Positions 12,263 through 24,090 of a stretch of DNA of 64,000 bases are shown one piece after another. The DNA is taken from NCBI GenBank assembly GCA_010093705.1, contig MU006089.1, forward strand, positions 1,971,561 through 2,035,560, given 5' to 3'. The notes below the pieces were generated by a model. That model was not told the DNA's origin. It saw only the letters and a program-made list of their open reading frames with translations, and searched no databases. Numbering within the stretch: position 1 is the stretch's first letter; each line of letters opens with the position of its first letter. The translations under genes were made by a program, and so were the position numbers. This stretch comes from Patellaria atrata CBS 101060. Its lineage: Eukaryota.

Positions 12263-13400
12263 AAAGATAAATCCCCAGGGGGGTTTTCTTATCACTTATT
12301 CCTAATCGAGATAAGGGTTTTCTTTTGCCATTTTTCCTTTTTAATTATTGTTATTCTTGCTGAGGTTATAGAAAGGTGTAGGTAGTTACTTTTTTTTTTT
12401 TTTTAACTATCTATCTAACTTTGCTACTCGTAGACTTCAAATCTGATTATAAGGAACTTGGGACAACGTCATGTTGAAAAGGTACGTTATCAGAACAGCG
12501 TAAGCTGTCAAATTGTCAGAGGTTACATGGTTGACACTGCTGACGTTAATTGTCTTCTATACCAACAGTCACAATGTCCAATGTCCGATATCCAATCTCA
12601 ATGATCCTATCAATCAAAGGAAATCAGTTTCCCCAAAATCAAACTCAGTAAACATCAATCAGTCCCCCGCAAACTATGACACCCACAATTCTCTCAATCG
12701 ACCCCAGTATCTTTCCCCCAAGAAACACACTTGAGTCCGCTATATCCCCTTGCTCTGTCTACTCCAGTAACACCGTAATCAGCCATGCCAAAAAAGAAAC
12801 TCCCACACTTCAGCATCATTGGAATTCCGAGATCTTCACCCCCGAACGCAAGCTCCAAGACAAAGACAGGGTGCAGCAACGACAATGCTATGTCGATGAG
12901 ACCATACAGTCAACCCGGCGAATCTCTTCCCACAACCCATATCGAAGTCTCACCTGTATGGCGGAAGATGTCGCCATCCGAGAAATAGGTTCGCAGTTGT
13001 GGAAGAACTCAGCCTTCTGCAGCCAAACGTCTTGATCAGTTTTGAAAAGATAGAGGGTGCAGTGATGGGTTAGGTGAGATGATTTTTCATTCAGGTTCCT
13101 TTGAATTGTGATTCATCGAGTGTGGTGGAACTTCAGATGGATGTTAAGGAGGTAACATGTTCTCTCATCGAGGACAGGGTCATTACTTAAGGAAACCCTA
13201 AAAGGGAGACGAAGTCCAGAAAAGAATAGATTAATTGCTGCTTTAATAGAGCTCGTTGTCATTAAAACTCCATCATATTGAGCCTGTGGGTATCAATTTC
13301 ATTTACCTCCAATCCTCTCCTCCCACACCAATCCACCACCCCCAACCGACCCTATACCTCCTGCACCACTCCCGTTTCCCCAATATCCCTCTCCCGCGAT

Positions 13401-15160
13401 TTACCCTTCTTCTCTACAAGAAACAACCACTACAAAACCCGTTAGCCTCAACTTCATTCCGCACCAAGGAACCCAACTCACCATAACCCCAGCACTAAAC
13501 CCCGACACAACACCCAACGCCCACCCCATAGTCCCCCACCCCGCATGATCCCTAATCAACCCCGCAAAGACCGGTCCCACCGTCGTCCCCAGCGCAAAAC
13601 TCATCGAGAAGAACCCGTACGCCTGTGCATACGCGCCCTTTTCCCCCAACACGCCCGGCTCCTCCTCCTCCACGCTCTCGAGGAAGCGCGTTATGCCGAC
13701 CATGAGCGGCGGCACGACCGAAGAGATGGAGCCGCCGATGAGGAAGAGTAGCACGCAGAGGATCACGATTTGGGAGGGGGAGTTGTGAGTTACGAAGCGC
13801 AGGAGGATGAGGAAGGGGGCGCCGAGGGCGAAGCCGGCGGTGGCGAGGTAGCGCGGGCCGTGGCGATCGGTTAGGGCGCCTAAAGGGGGTGAGTCAAGGT
13901 TCAGGGTTAGAGTTGAGGGATTTGACTGGGAGAGGTTATCTGAGGGGAATGAGAAGAAACGGGGAAGAATACCGATATAGGGTTCCGCGATACCGGGGAT
14001 GACGATGGGGAGGAAGATTAGACCGGCGAGGGTGGGGCCCCAGTTGAAGGTTTCTTCGACGTGGAGGGGGAGGACGCCGTCGAGACTTGTTAGTAGGGAA
14101 CCTTGGATTAGGATGCCCCAGAGCGCGGCGAGAAGTCGAGTCGATCGGAGGAGTCGGAATGTTCGTTTTGCGAAGACCTTGATGTGCCCGACGGGTTTGG
14201 GTTTGGGTTCGTTGTTTGGACGTAGCTTGGGGATAGAGGTTCCTCGCTCTGTGGGATCTGGGATCTCCTTTTCCGATTCAAGGAAAATGGGTTGACTGGT
14301 CTGGTTAAGATGTCTCGCATCCCTCTTCTCGATAATCGACAGCCGCAAAGCAATATCGAGTGCTAGAAGCCCAAAGGCCATCCCAAACACAGCATAGTAA
14401 CCTTTCTGTGCATATACGATACCTCCCAGCAACGGCGCAATGAAAATACCGCCACTGATTCCGAGGGTAACGTAACCAGTCGCAAGTCCAATCCGTTCAG
14501 GACCTACGGTATCAACCAGTAGAGCGAGGCCGGATGACCATACAACAGCTGCAGCGATACCTTGGAAGACTCTGCCTAGTACGAGTAACCATATGGTTCG
14601 TGCTAGACAGAGCATCAGGGTAGAACCTATGAAAATCCCGAGGCCGACAAGCATGGTGATTTGTCGTGTCTTTAACACGTCGGCCAAGTAGCCGAAGATA
14701 GCTACAGAATTAGAGGGTTTCTGGCCATGGTTTGGAGATCAGAGTGGGCCACGTACGTGAAAAGAGAAACCATGATGCACCATAAACGGCTAGAAGAATG
14801 GATGACCATGTTTGAACTATCCGGTATGAGTAGGTCTCCATTCAGGGTAATATCGGACTACATACTATCGCTCTCATCGATACCTGCTCGATTGACGAGG
14901 GCAAAGGGCATTACGGGCACAAGCTTTCATTCTGAGCAAATGACTGGCACTAGCTGATATTTTAAAACATACCATGCCATATAAAAAAGTATCCTAAGCG
15001 TGTTACTTCCATATCCATATATCTTTTCGAACATAGAAAGGGTTCAATAGCATACAGTGAACAGCGCAACGCTGACGGTAGTGATGATATACCAATCTGC
15101 CGACCTGACATTGAGGAACACATGTTTCTGCTTCTTTTTCCATTCCGCTAGAATAGTCAT
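13401..15160 (-). CDS. MFS transporter (vesicular amine transporter/DHA1-like)
   Basis: Start MTILAEWKKK..RSADWYIITTVSVALFT; several short introns, including in-frame 13880-13972. Multiple TM helices with GRVFQG, LLVDTVG, DRHGPR and AYAQAYG motifs. Confidence 0.9.
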
Positions 15161-15639
15161 AACGTCAAGGGGTAGGCGCGGTTAACGACAGTGTTTATGG
15201 TGTCCGGAAGGATGGAGAGAAATCAATAAGGTGGGATGGAGGAAAAAGGACAAAGAGATCACGGCGGAAAATAAAGAACGGAATGCATCGTTGCCGGTTC
15301 ATATGACTCTAATCTCCCACACAGTTTGATGGAAAGATAGTCCGTCAGATTCGCGGCGTGATGGCTTCAGCGGTTAAGGTAGTACAGGTAGGTTGGTGGT
15401 TCCCGCTCGGACAGGGCGGAGCGGACCAACTCTTAGTCATCGGGCCGATCAAACATAAGGGCTCAAAATAGGGGCGGGAACTCATATGTGCACAGTCTTA
15501 CACATTGGTTTTAGGTTGTTATTGTGTATATGCAGTCAGATCAATATTACAGAACTAAGGTATACTATTTACATGAAACGCTGAATTCTTTTATTTTACT
15601 TATGCCGAAAGTTCGAACAACTCTTTCTATTCAGGGAAA

Positions 15640-17654
15640 TCACAACCTAGCTTCTATCTGCCGTTTCTTTCTCCGTTCTTGGTCTATCAGAACCCGCCTT
15701 AAGATCTTCCCGCTGGGGCTCTTCGGGATCGCATCGATGAACTCAACACCGCCTCTGAGCCACTTATAATTGGCTTTCCCTTGCTTAGCATGTCGTAATA
15801 TGCTCTGTTTCACAAGAGCATCGCACTCGGCCATGCAAACTGACGATGATTTTGTGACGAAAGCTTTCGGGACCTCCCCGTAATACTCATCAGGGACGGG
15901 GATAACTGCGCAGTCTCCGACTGCTGGATGAGTGAGGAGATGAGTCTCTAACTCTGCAGGAGCAACTTGATGACCCTGGTGGCAGTTGTGTTAGCACCTT
16001 GTGTATATTCAAGCAATTGGGAACCATACCTTGACTTTTACGAGCTCTTTCATTCTGTCGATGATGAATAGATGTTGATTCCCGCTTGGTGCTTTCCTGA
16101 ACATGGCTTTATCACCAGTACACAGCCAGCCGTTTTTGAAGGTTTCATTGTTTGCTTTTGGGTTGTTGAAATAGCCAAGTGCTACAGAGGGAGAGCGGAT
16201 CAAAAGCTCCCCGGCTTGATCACAATTTTCGACTTCTTTTCCTTCTTCCGTGACAAGGCGTGCCTCACAACCTGGGATTAATGATCCACAGCTGCCCATC
16301 CAAATATCTTTGCCGCTGGTGGATGAGACCACGGTGCTGGTTTCTGTAAGTCCTGCAATATGCTAAGCCACATTTCCAAACACATATAGTGCTTTCGACA
16401 TTGGAATTCACTCACCATACCCCTGTCGAATAAGCCAACGAGGGAACATCTGCTGTAGTTGAGCGGCAGTCTCTTCACCGAGAGGTGCGGCGCCGGTGAC
16501 AGCATGTATTACAGAGCTCAGATCGTGCTGCTCAACGACGGACTTACTTTTGATTAATAAGACGAAGATAGGAGGAACCTGCGATGTCAGTTAGAAAACA
16601 TCATAGGGTCCTGAGAGTTGGTAGCTACGAACAAGGAACAAAGTTGTGATCTTGAATCGTTGAATGGCATCTAAACTTTGCGCGAAGTCGAATTTCGGCA
16701 GAACAACACTGCTATCCCCACGATATACGTTCTCGTGAAGTAGCATAATGAGACCGTAGATGTGGCTCATTGGGAGGATTCCAAGAGCGACTTCGGCAGA
16801 TTCTCTATGAAGCCGTTCGTATGCATCTACCTGCAGGATATTTGAGATGACATTCCTATGAGATATCATGACTCCTTTCTAAGATGTTATTAACACCTTG
16901 TGCGTTTTGGTAATCGCACTGAGAAACATCACTTACTGGAAAACCCGACGTACCGCTCGAATAGCAGAGAAATGCAGCCCTTCTCGCACCGTCCCCATTT
17001 CCGAGCCGTAATCTCTCAAGTGAGGGTCGTCTTCTACCGTTTCGTATCAGATCGTCCACGGTCTTCAACCCATTCACTGTGCCTTGGACTCCGGTGCCTG
17101 CCACCTGGAGTACATAGATTCGATTTTCTGGGATTCCTACCGCCTTCGCTGCTATGAGAGCAATTTCAAGCAGAGGAGAGCATGTGAAAAGGCACTTCGC
17201 CTTGGAGTCTCGAAGTTGGAATTCTAGCTCCTTAGCGGTATATGCGGCACTAACTGGGGAGACCAAGCCCCCTAAGAGATGTGTTGCCCAAGACACAGTG
17301 CCATAATCAATCTATATAATGAAAATTAGGCAAAGTTACAAGAGTGGAAATTAGATCAAGTAAAGTATTTCAACATACGCTATTCAGACTAAATACCGCA
17401 ACGACCTTCTCAAACTCTGTTCCCGCATTCGAGCTCCAATTCAATTCCGGAGCGAGCCCGCGCGCCAGCAAATCAACACGTTCTTTTACTTCTTGTACCG
17501 AAAATGATTTTCCAGTTATCCCACATACGAATGGATCCCTTGATTGTGCAAAAGGAGCGCGGCCCGTACTTTCATCGAAAATGAACTCGGGAATCGTAAC
17601 AGAGCTGGGGGGATTCGCAAGCTTTGGAACCCACGAGGGGCTATGGAATATCAT
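15640..17654 (-). CDS. Acyl/aryl-CoA ligase (4-coumarate/phenylacetyl-CoA ligase-like, ANL family) with C-terminal PTS1 (-ARL)
   Basis: MIFHSPSWVP start; YSSGTSGFP-KGV, QGYGLTE, GWLCTGD, DRMKELVKVKG, PKSPSGKILRR; ends IEARL*; multi-exon. Confidence 0.92.
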
Positions 17655-19122
17655 TTTCGGCTGTTCCTCAATTACTGTACTATTACACAGCCAGAGGTCG
17701 TCCAGGACATCAGCAGGTCTTTCAGATAGGATGTCCAGTATTAGGTTTGCTCCGCGGGAGGAGGAATATTGATACATCTTATATCCCGCTACGATCACGG
17801 ACTTGAAGATATAAAGTCAGTGCCTCGTCAACGGCGAACTACCCTGTGTTAATAAGGTGTCTCCCCTTGAAGAGGAACCACGGACCATGGTGTTAAGCTG
17901 TGTAATGTAAGAATCGACATCTGGTAAAGCATCATACCATTTCCCGAATTCTAACACTCGAGTAACGGAGTGATCTTAGCGGAATTTCGTGCACGGCTAC
18001 TCCCTGTTTGTTCTACAACCCTGGTTACAGAAATCCGACGCATATGGTGTACGATCTCTAAACAGACTCCAACCCGGAGGACCACGCCAAACTATAGGTG
18101 ACTCCAGAGCCATTGTTCTATCAGATGTTTCGAGGGCCCGATGTGCTTGTACAGTAGGTAAAGAGTAGACGGATTCTACTTGTACTGTACATTTGTCATA
18201 AGCGTTTGCTGAACAGGTCTGATGCCTGAAAAGAGCTCTATCCCCGTTCAGATACCATAAATTAGTTCGATACTATTTAGGAGATGATTTTCAGTTCGGT
18301 CGAATTTCTTAGACTGTCTGATACAGAAGTCCGTCCAGTTGGTGAAGTGATGATGGTAGAGCTATCAAGCGGAACTCCAACATCCATCTTATGAAAACGG
18401 GTATGCGGTCCACACTAGAGTTTCGGGTAAGATGACCAGGAATAGCATCCACGATACTGCAGGAGTTCATGTTGATCAATTCGTAGCCCTACGCACACCG
18501 GGAACAGCTCGCAAATCGGTGGGACTAAGACGTTCCTGGGCTTCCAGTTTTAAGGGGATCGGATCGACATACCGAGATCTGTTCAACGTGAGATTCGGAA
18601 AATCAGATCAATAGCGGGATATAACCTTCCCCATATTTGTGTCAGAGACTTGGAGTTGACTGGAGAGGATGACGCGAGGGACGGAAGAGGGACAAGACGG
18701 AAGAACCCCCTAGACCGTGCCCACCAATTGATGCGTCGGTTCTATTCCCTTTTTAGTAGTCACTCTTGAGTCTTCCACCGCCCTTCGTCCCCAGTCTTCA
18801 TGCAATGCATGTGAGCGATTAGTGAACCAGATATGTTGGGTATGCTGATGATCGACTGCATCTGGAGAGCACTGAATCTGAAAAGGTGGAAAGGAGAGGT
18901 GGAATGGGTGGAGTAGGGCTTAATAAGCTCCATACCGTGCAGCACTTCATGGGCATATTAATTCAGAAGAAAAAAAAAATCTCAAGGGAAAACAGAGAGG
19001 ATAGGGGTAATCATTAGCTAGTAAAAGATTATATTCATCGTCTGCATCGTAATACACATTAATCGCCAATTAGCAATACAGATCCCCACTACCGTAAACA
19101 CCATTGACTCTATCCGATCAGT

Positions 19123-20551
19123 CTACAATTTCTCCTTGAGAATAAGCTGCCTCTTCCAATGTGTCCGATCTTTCATGTACTCCATCTTCTCCTCCGCCCA
19201 CTGAATGATAATTTCCACCAGTCCATCAATCTCATCAATCGTATTATCCGTGTGAAACACGAGACGTACGCGGCCCTGATCCCGCGGTACAACGGGGAAG
19301 TCGATAGGCCATGCGTTGTAATCCGCATATTGCATGTTTGCAGCGAGCTGGTGATTATCTTCGTTCCGTGTCCAGACTGGCACAATCTGAGACACAAACT
19401 CTTTCCCTTCAAAATTAAGACCCGAGGGTAGGTCAAGTATACCAGCCTCTTTGGCGATAGTGAAGGATGGATGATCGAACATCTTCCTGTAGAAGTGTCT
19501 TACAAGAGTTTGAAGGCGTAGCCGGCGCTCCTCACAAAAATCGCTCCTTATAAGAGTATACGCCGCTCTAATTGCAGCAAGTGTTGGAAAGGAGGGTGCG
19601 GTGGTGTATATGAGGCCATGAGCGTAGTTGATGAGCATAGTTCTAATGGTCTCATTCCCAACTACAGTGGCTATATCGACTTGGATTAGCAAAAGTTCGA
19701 TGAGTACAGCGTTTAGGGTTTGGGGACAAACCTCCGTTGCAACCTAGACCTTTACCACATGTATGTAACCTAATAGCAATACGATCCTCAAGACCAAGCG
19801 CGCAAACAAGGCCTCTCCCATTCTTTCCCAGCATTCCAGTACTGTGTGCTTCATCAACGATAAACTCCACATTTCTCGTGGGAAAAACTTCATCAGCGAC
19901 GCGAACCATCTCAGTAAGCGGGGCAATGGTCCCATCCATACTGTAGATCGATTCCGTGGAGACAATCACTGTGCGCTCCCCGGACCGGAATACTTCTTCT
20001 GAGTCATGAAGCTCCTGAAGAACGGCCCGGAAAGAGTCGACATTGTTGTGCGAGAATGATCTCCTGATAGTAGCTTTAGTGTTGCGCATACCATCGTGGA
20101 TGCTAGCGTGTACCAGCTCGTCATATACAATAGCATCCTTAGGCCCAGGGAAAACTTCGAAGAGGGAGACATTGGCGTCATAACCAGACGAGAAGATTAC
20201 ACCGTCAGTGGCATTGTGAAATTGAGCGATCTCCTTCTCGAGGTTATTGATATATGTGTTATTGCCGTCGAGCAGTCGAGAGCCACAGCTACCAACAACA
20301 AACTTGGGATACTTTGCAAGCTCTTCGTAGAAAGCCATCCTCAAGAGACCAGAGGTAGAAAGTGAGAGGACATCATTCGATGAAAAATCAACCACATTGC
20401 GTGGTGTTTTCAGGACGTATAATCTATCTTTCTTGCGGCGATTGTCGAGACGTCGTTCCAGATTCCTGTAGAATGTTGGTCCGTTTTTCAAGGTACGTGC
20501 CTTTGGCTTCTGGGCCACGATCATATCGTGAAACATTTCGAATGCCGACAT
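19123..20551 (-). CDS. PLP-dependent alpha-oxoamine synthase (class II aminotransferase, BioF/AONS-like paralogue)
   Basis: SSNDVLSL, GSRLLDG, SGYDAN, DELVHASIHDG, ESIYSMDG, DEAHSTG and HTCGK (PLP lysine); intron 19671-19731. Confidence 0.92.
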
Positions 20552-21116
20552 CTTGATATGAATGCCGACTGTTGATTATTATGTGTGAGGAGTGGAATGA
20601 GAAGGGTAGACTGTCGAGGGATGTTGAAGAATACTGTTATGGGCACACAAGAGAAAACAGAAGAAATTTTAGAAATTGGAGGGAAAGTTTTATAGTCTGA
20701 CAACGAAGAGTGATTGAAAGTATCTCCACCAATAAAAGTATCAATCGGATGAGGAGGTTTAGTGTGTTACCCTCTACGAGAAGGGCTTTAGAATTCCATA
20801 TATCTATTGATATCACCATGATACCCGCGGAGGACTGAGGGGTCTTATGTTGATCATGAGGTAGTCACAGAAAACGGACGAAAGACATCATAGTCCATGT
20901 TGGGGATAAACTAAATAGAGGTTAGTAAGTAACGAACTAGCCGATGTATAAAATAGTAAGAAAGATGAGGAGTGGTATTAAAGGTTGAGATGGCCTACAA
21001 CAGATAACATATTGATGAAAAGCATTATCATTGACTTAGAACCATGGAAACTCACGTCTACAAAAGCGATCCCAATATCCTCTTATGCTTTCTTTACTTT
21101 ATTTTCACAGTCTACC

Positions 21117-22002
21117 ATGCCGGAAATAAGGGTAAATCGTATAGAGCAACGAATAAAGGTGAGTAGATGTTACATGTCAAATTTACATTGCTAATGCTAG
21201 AATTCAGCTCTTTCGTATCACACTGTGGCCGGAATTGTAGAGCTTCTGCTATACTATGGTGGATATCAGATATCTGTAATCTCGTTAGCAGCTTGCCTCG
21301 TACATTCGATCAGTGGGATGATGTTGGTCAAAAATTTACGGAAGGGATATCCGACTCTCACACGTACGTACCACATGAATGGAACTAACCGACGAGCACT
21401 AAAGAAATAGGGCCTATGTACCAGGGTGGATCCGTGTTGCGGGCCATAGCAATGATACGTGCGTACTATAGCAAATCGCCCATAGAATACCATGACGCCA
21501 TTGTTCCTATTCACTCGTTCGTATATGCACGAAGCCTATTTTTCATACTGGGAACCATTGGCCCGACACCGAATTTCCTGAAGAACGCCAATTCAAAATA
21601 CGTATATGCTGCTGCCATATACGGTGCAGCTTTGGTTGCTGTGGGCCATTGTGTAAATCAATGGGCAATTTTACAATACATGTTTTGCGTTCACGCAATC
21701 GGAAAATTGAACTTTTGGACCCGGAGATCGGTCGATCAGTGCAAGTATGATGCTCCAATGGGAGGAGAGATGAGCCGGTGGCTTGATATGACTGACTGCC
21801 GCACAGAGAACGGAAGGAGGAAATCCCAAAGATGTTGAAGATACTGCAAAAAGCAGGTCTGTGTTCATTTCCGCAGCCGTCAGATATTGATATGCAAATA
21901 ACACTGAATGACGGCCCGCGAATCGGGTTTCTGCGTATGGATAGCCTTGGCCACATATGGGCGAAATCGCTGGCGGTGCCGGGTAGAGTTCCATCTTGCT
22001 AA
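21117..22002 (+). CDS. Uncharacterised polytopic membrane protein with several His residues
   Basis: Reconstructed with introns 21159-21200, 21364-21410 and 21745-21806: ..YHTVAGIVELLLYY..LVHS..GYPTLTRPMYQGG..YHDAIVPIHSFVYAR..VGH..VHAIG..PRIGFLRMDSLGHIW..; hydrophobic segments. The first exon is the least certain. Confidence 0.7.
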
Positions 22003-23565
22003 TACTAACGTAAGAGATATGCTGACATCTACAAGTAGATGAAACACTCAATGTGGACAACTTCCGCCGTGAAAAGGGTTCCGAAGTGCTCTTTCCTCAT
22101 TCGTCTAGCTTAGTGAATCCTAGCGGGAGATCTACAATTGGTATGCAATGTTTCATACTGTACGTCTGTATATTGCCGAAAATAGTATTTTAACAGACAA
22201 CTGCGTATTTAGGACGAGAAATGAACCTACCTTCATCGAAAACGAGTAATACTAGTAAGGCCTATCCTCGTGCACATATTCTGAACAATACTGTTCCTTC
22301 TACAACCGAAAGTTTGATTCCAACAGCTGGAGATCCTGCGAACGTACGGATTGAGATTCTCGTAAGCACCGGAGAGAACTCCCCGTTAAAAGAAAACCAA
22401 TCAACTCGGGAATCAAAAAGGATCGGAAGCCTACGATCACCAGCGGGCCGCACCCGGGCGATCGAGTTTGCAGCGCCGCGTACCAAAAATTTATATGTGT
22501 ACAAGGAAGAGATGATTGATTTCATGAGGAGTGAGGTAGGCTGGGTGGTCGATAGTCTGCAGCTCGGCTTATCCTCTCTCTAGTATTGCATTTGAGCGAA
22601 GGTAGAGCTTGTGGTGGAGAGTAAAATGTACTGTACAACTGATGAAAGTAAGAAAGGTCGCGATTTGAAGATATTAATGAGCATCGATTACAATATGATT
22701 CCGGTAATAGAAAATATAGAGTGATGCATCTTAAAAGTGACTTCTGCCCTTTGAGGAAATTTGGTCTGCCTCGAGCCTTGGCCAGAGACAATACAGACAC
22801 AGCACCCTGCTACTCCCTACTGTAAGAGAAACGAATATCAATCTGGATGTCGCTCTTCCCCTGAATAGTCACACTTCGCATATTCCTAGAGATTATACAG
22901 CTTGTGCCTGATGTTGTAATCTTGAGAAAGGATCTGAAGTGAGGTTCGGACAAGAGATGCATGATGTAACATTCGGTTATCTCGTACAACTTCTCACCAA
23001 TGCCTTATTTAGGTTCGAGAGAAGGTTTCATATGTGTCGTACGATGAGGCGTGCTCTATGTACTTTGGTTGACAACCCGATTGCACAAGATCAAATAACT
23101 GATATTGCTGGACATGGCTGAAGATACGGACAACCACCAAAGACCGATATCTCCAAGTATTTTGTTCGGAAAAGGCTGTTTGTATCGTATGTTAGTGAGA
23201 GTGCAAGAGAAATGTACCATCTACAGCACAGTAAACAGTGTCGTTTGCGCTATTGTTATAATTGCTATGGAATCAACGTCGTGTTTGCCCTATTCAGTGA
23301 GATTGTAGAAATCTAATATGTCAATATTCACCGTACAGCCGTAACCAGTTTGATCAAACTGACGCACTAATGAAGTAGCAAATGTTTGTATGTCTCATAA
23401 AGCGCAACAACTTCGACTTCTTAAACATCTCATAGAGTCCGTTACATCCCCTTGGACAGTAGCAGTAAGGTATATGCGCAGACATCGAACCCCTCAGTCG
23501 CTTCGGCGCAATTCATTCCCTTTTCAACTCAACCAACTGTGAATTCAGTATATCTCATAGAGATC

Positions 23566-24075
23566 ATGCCTCCATGGCATCCCGTTGACCTCCCATGGGA
23601 ACCCCCAGAAGTTGAGCATATGCCGGGTATTGGATGGGTACAGAATGGCCGGATTCTGCGAGGCCTTAAACCAAAGAAGGCATTCTACTGGCCTAAGGAC
23701 GGAAAAAGAGGTACAACATGGGGTCGATGGAAAGACCTTCTCAGCGGACAAGGACCAGACATCCATATAAGGATAAGCGGTGAGAAAAGGACTCGACCAT
23801 GGGACGGTCCAAGCAGGGCGAGGTGGTCGAGGTGGACAGAGGACGCGTTCGTGGCTCCATGGGAAACGGAACAACCCCTTCCATCACCGTTTTGGGCTCG
23901 TAGAAAGGCCCATGAAAAGTACGATTTCAGGACTCGGAAATTCACTAAGCGGAATCCAGATCCGTCATGTTGGACAGATGTTCGGTGGCAGTATCCTCCG
24001 AATGATCATTTCAGAGATCCATATGCATTTAGAGATCTAGATGGTCGGTGGTGGCAGGATACACCAATCGGTTAA
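23566..24075 (+). CDS. Small Trp/Pro/Arg-rich hypothetical protein
   Basis: Uninterrupted ORF from MPPWHPVDLPW with protein-like composition (FYWPKDGKRG..WGRWKD, YDFRTRKF). Confidence 0.65.
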   Translation: MPPWHPVDLPWEPPEVEHMPGIGWVQNGRILRGLKPKKAFYWPKDGKRGTTWGRWKDLLSGQGPDIHIRISGEKRTRPWDGPSRARWSRWTEDAFVAPWETEQPLPSPFWARRKAHEKYDFRTRKFTKRNPDPSCWTDVRWQYPPNDHFRDPYAFRDLDGRWWQDTPIG

Positions 24076-24090
24076 CCAAGAAGAACATCT

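Noticed and set aside
12513..13090. Short overlapping ORFs, possibly a gene remnant
   Set aside because: No consistent frame or recognisable motif on either strand.
19123..20551. Housekeeping biotin gene bioF
   Set aside because: No bioDA or bioB neighbours as usual in Pezizomycotina, and the context is accessory. Treated as a paralogue, though phylogeny is needed to be sure.
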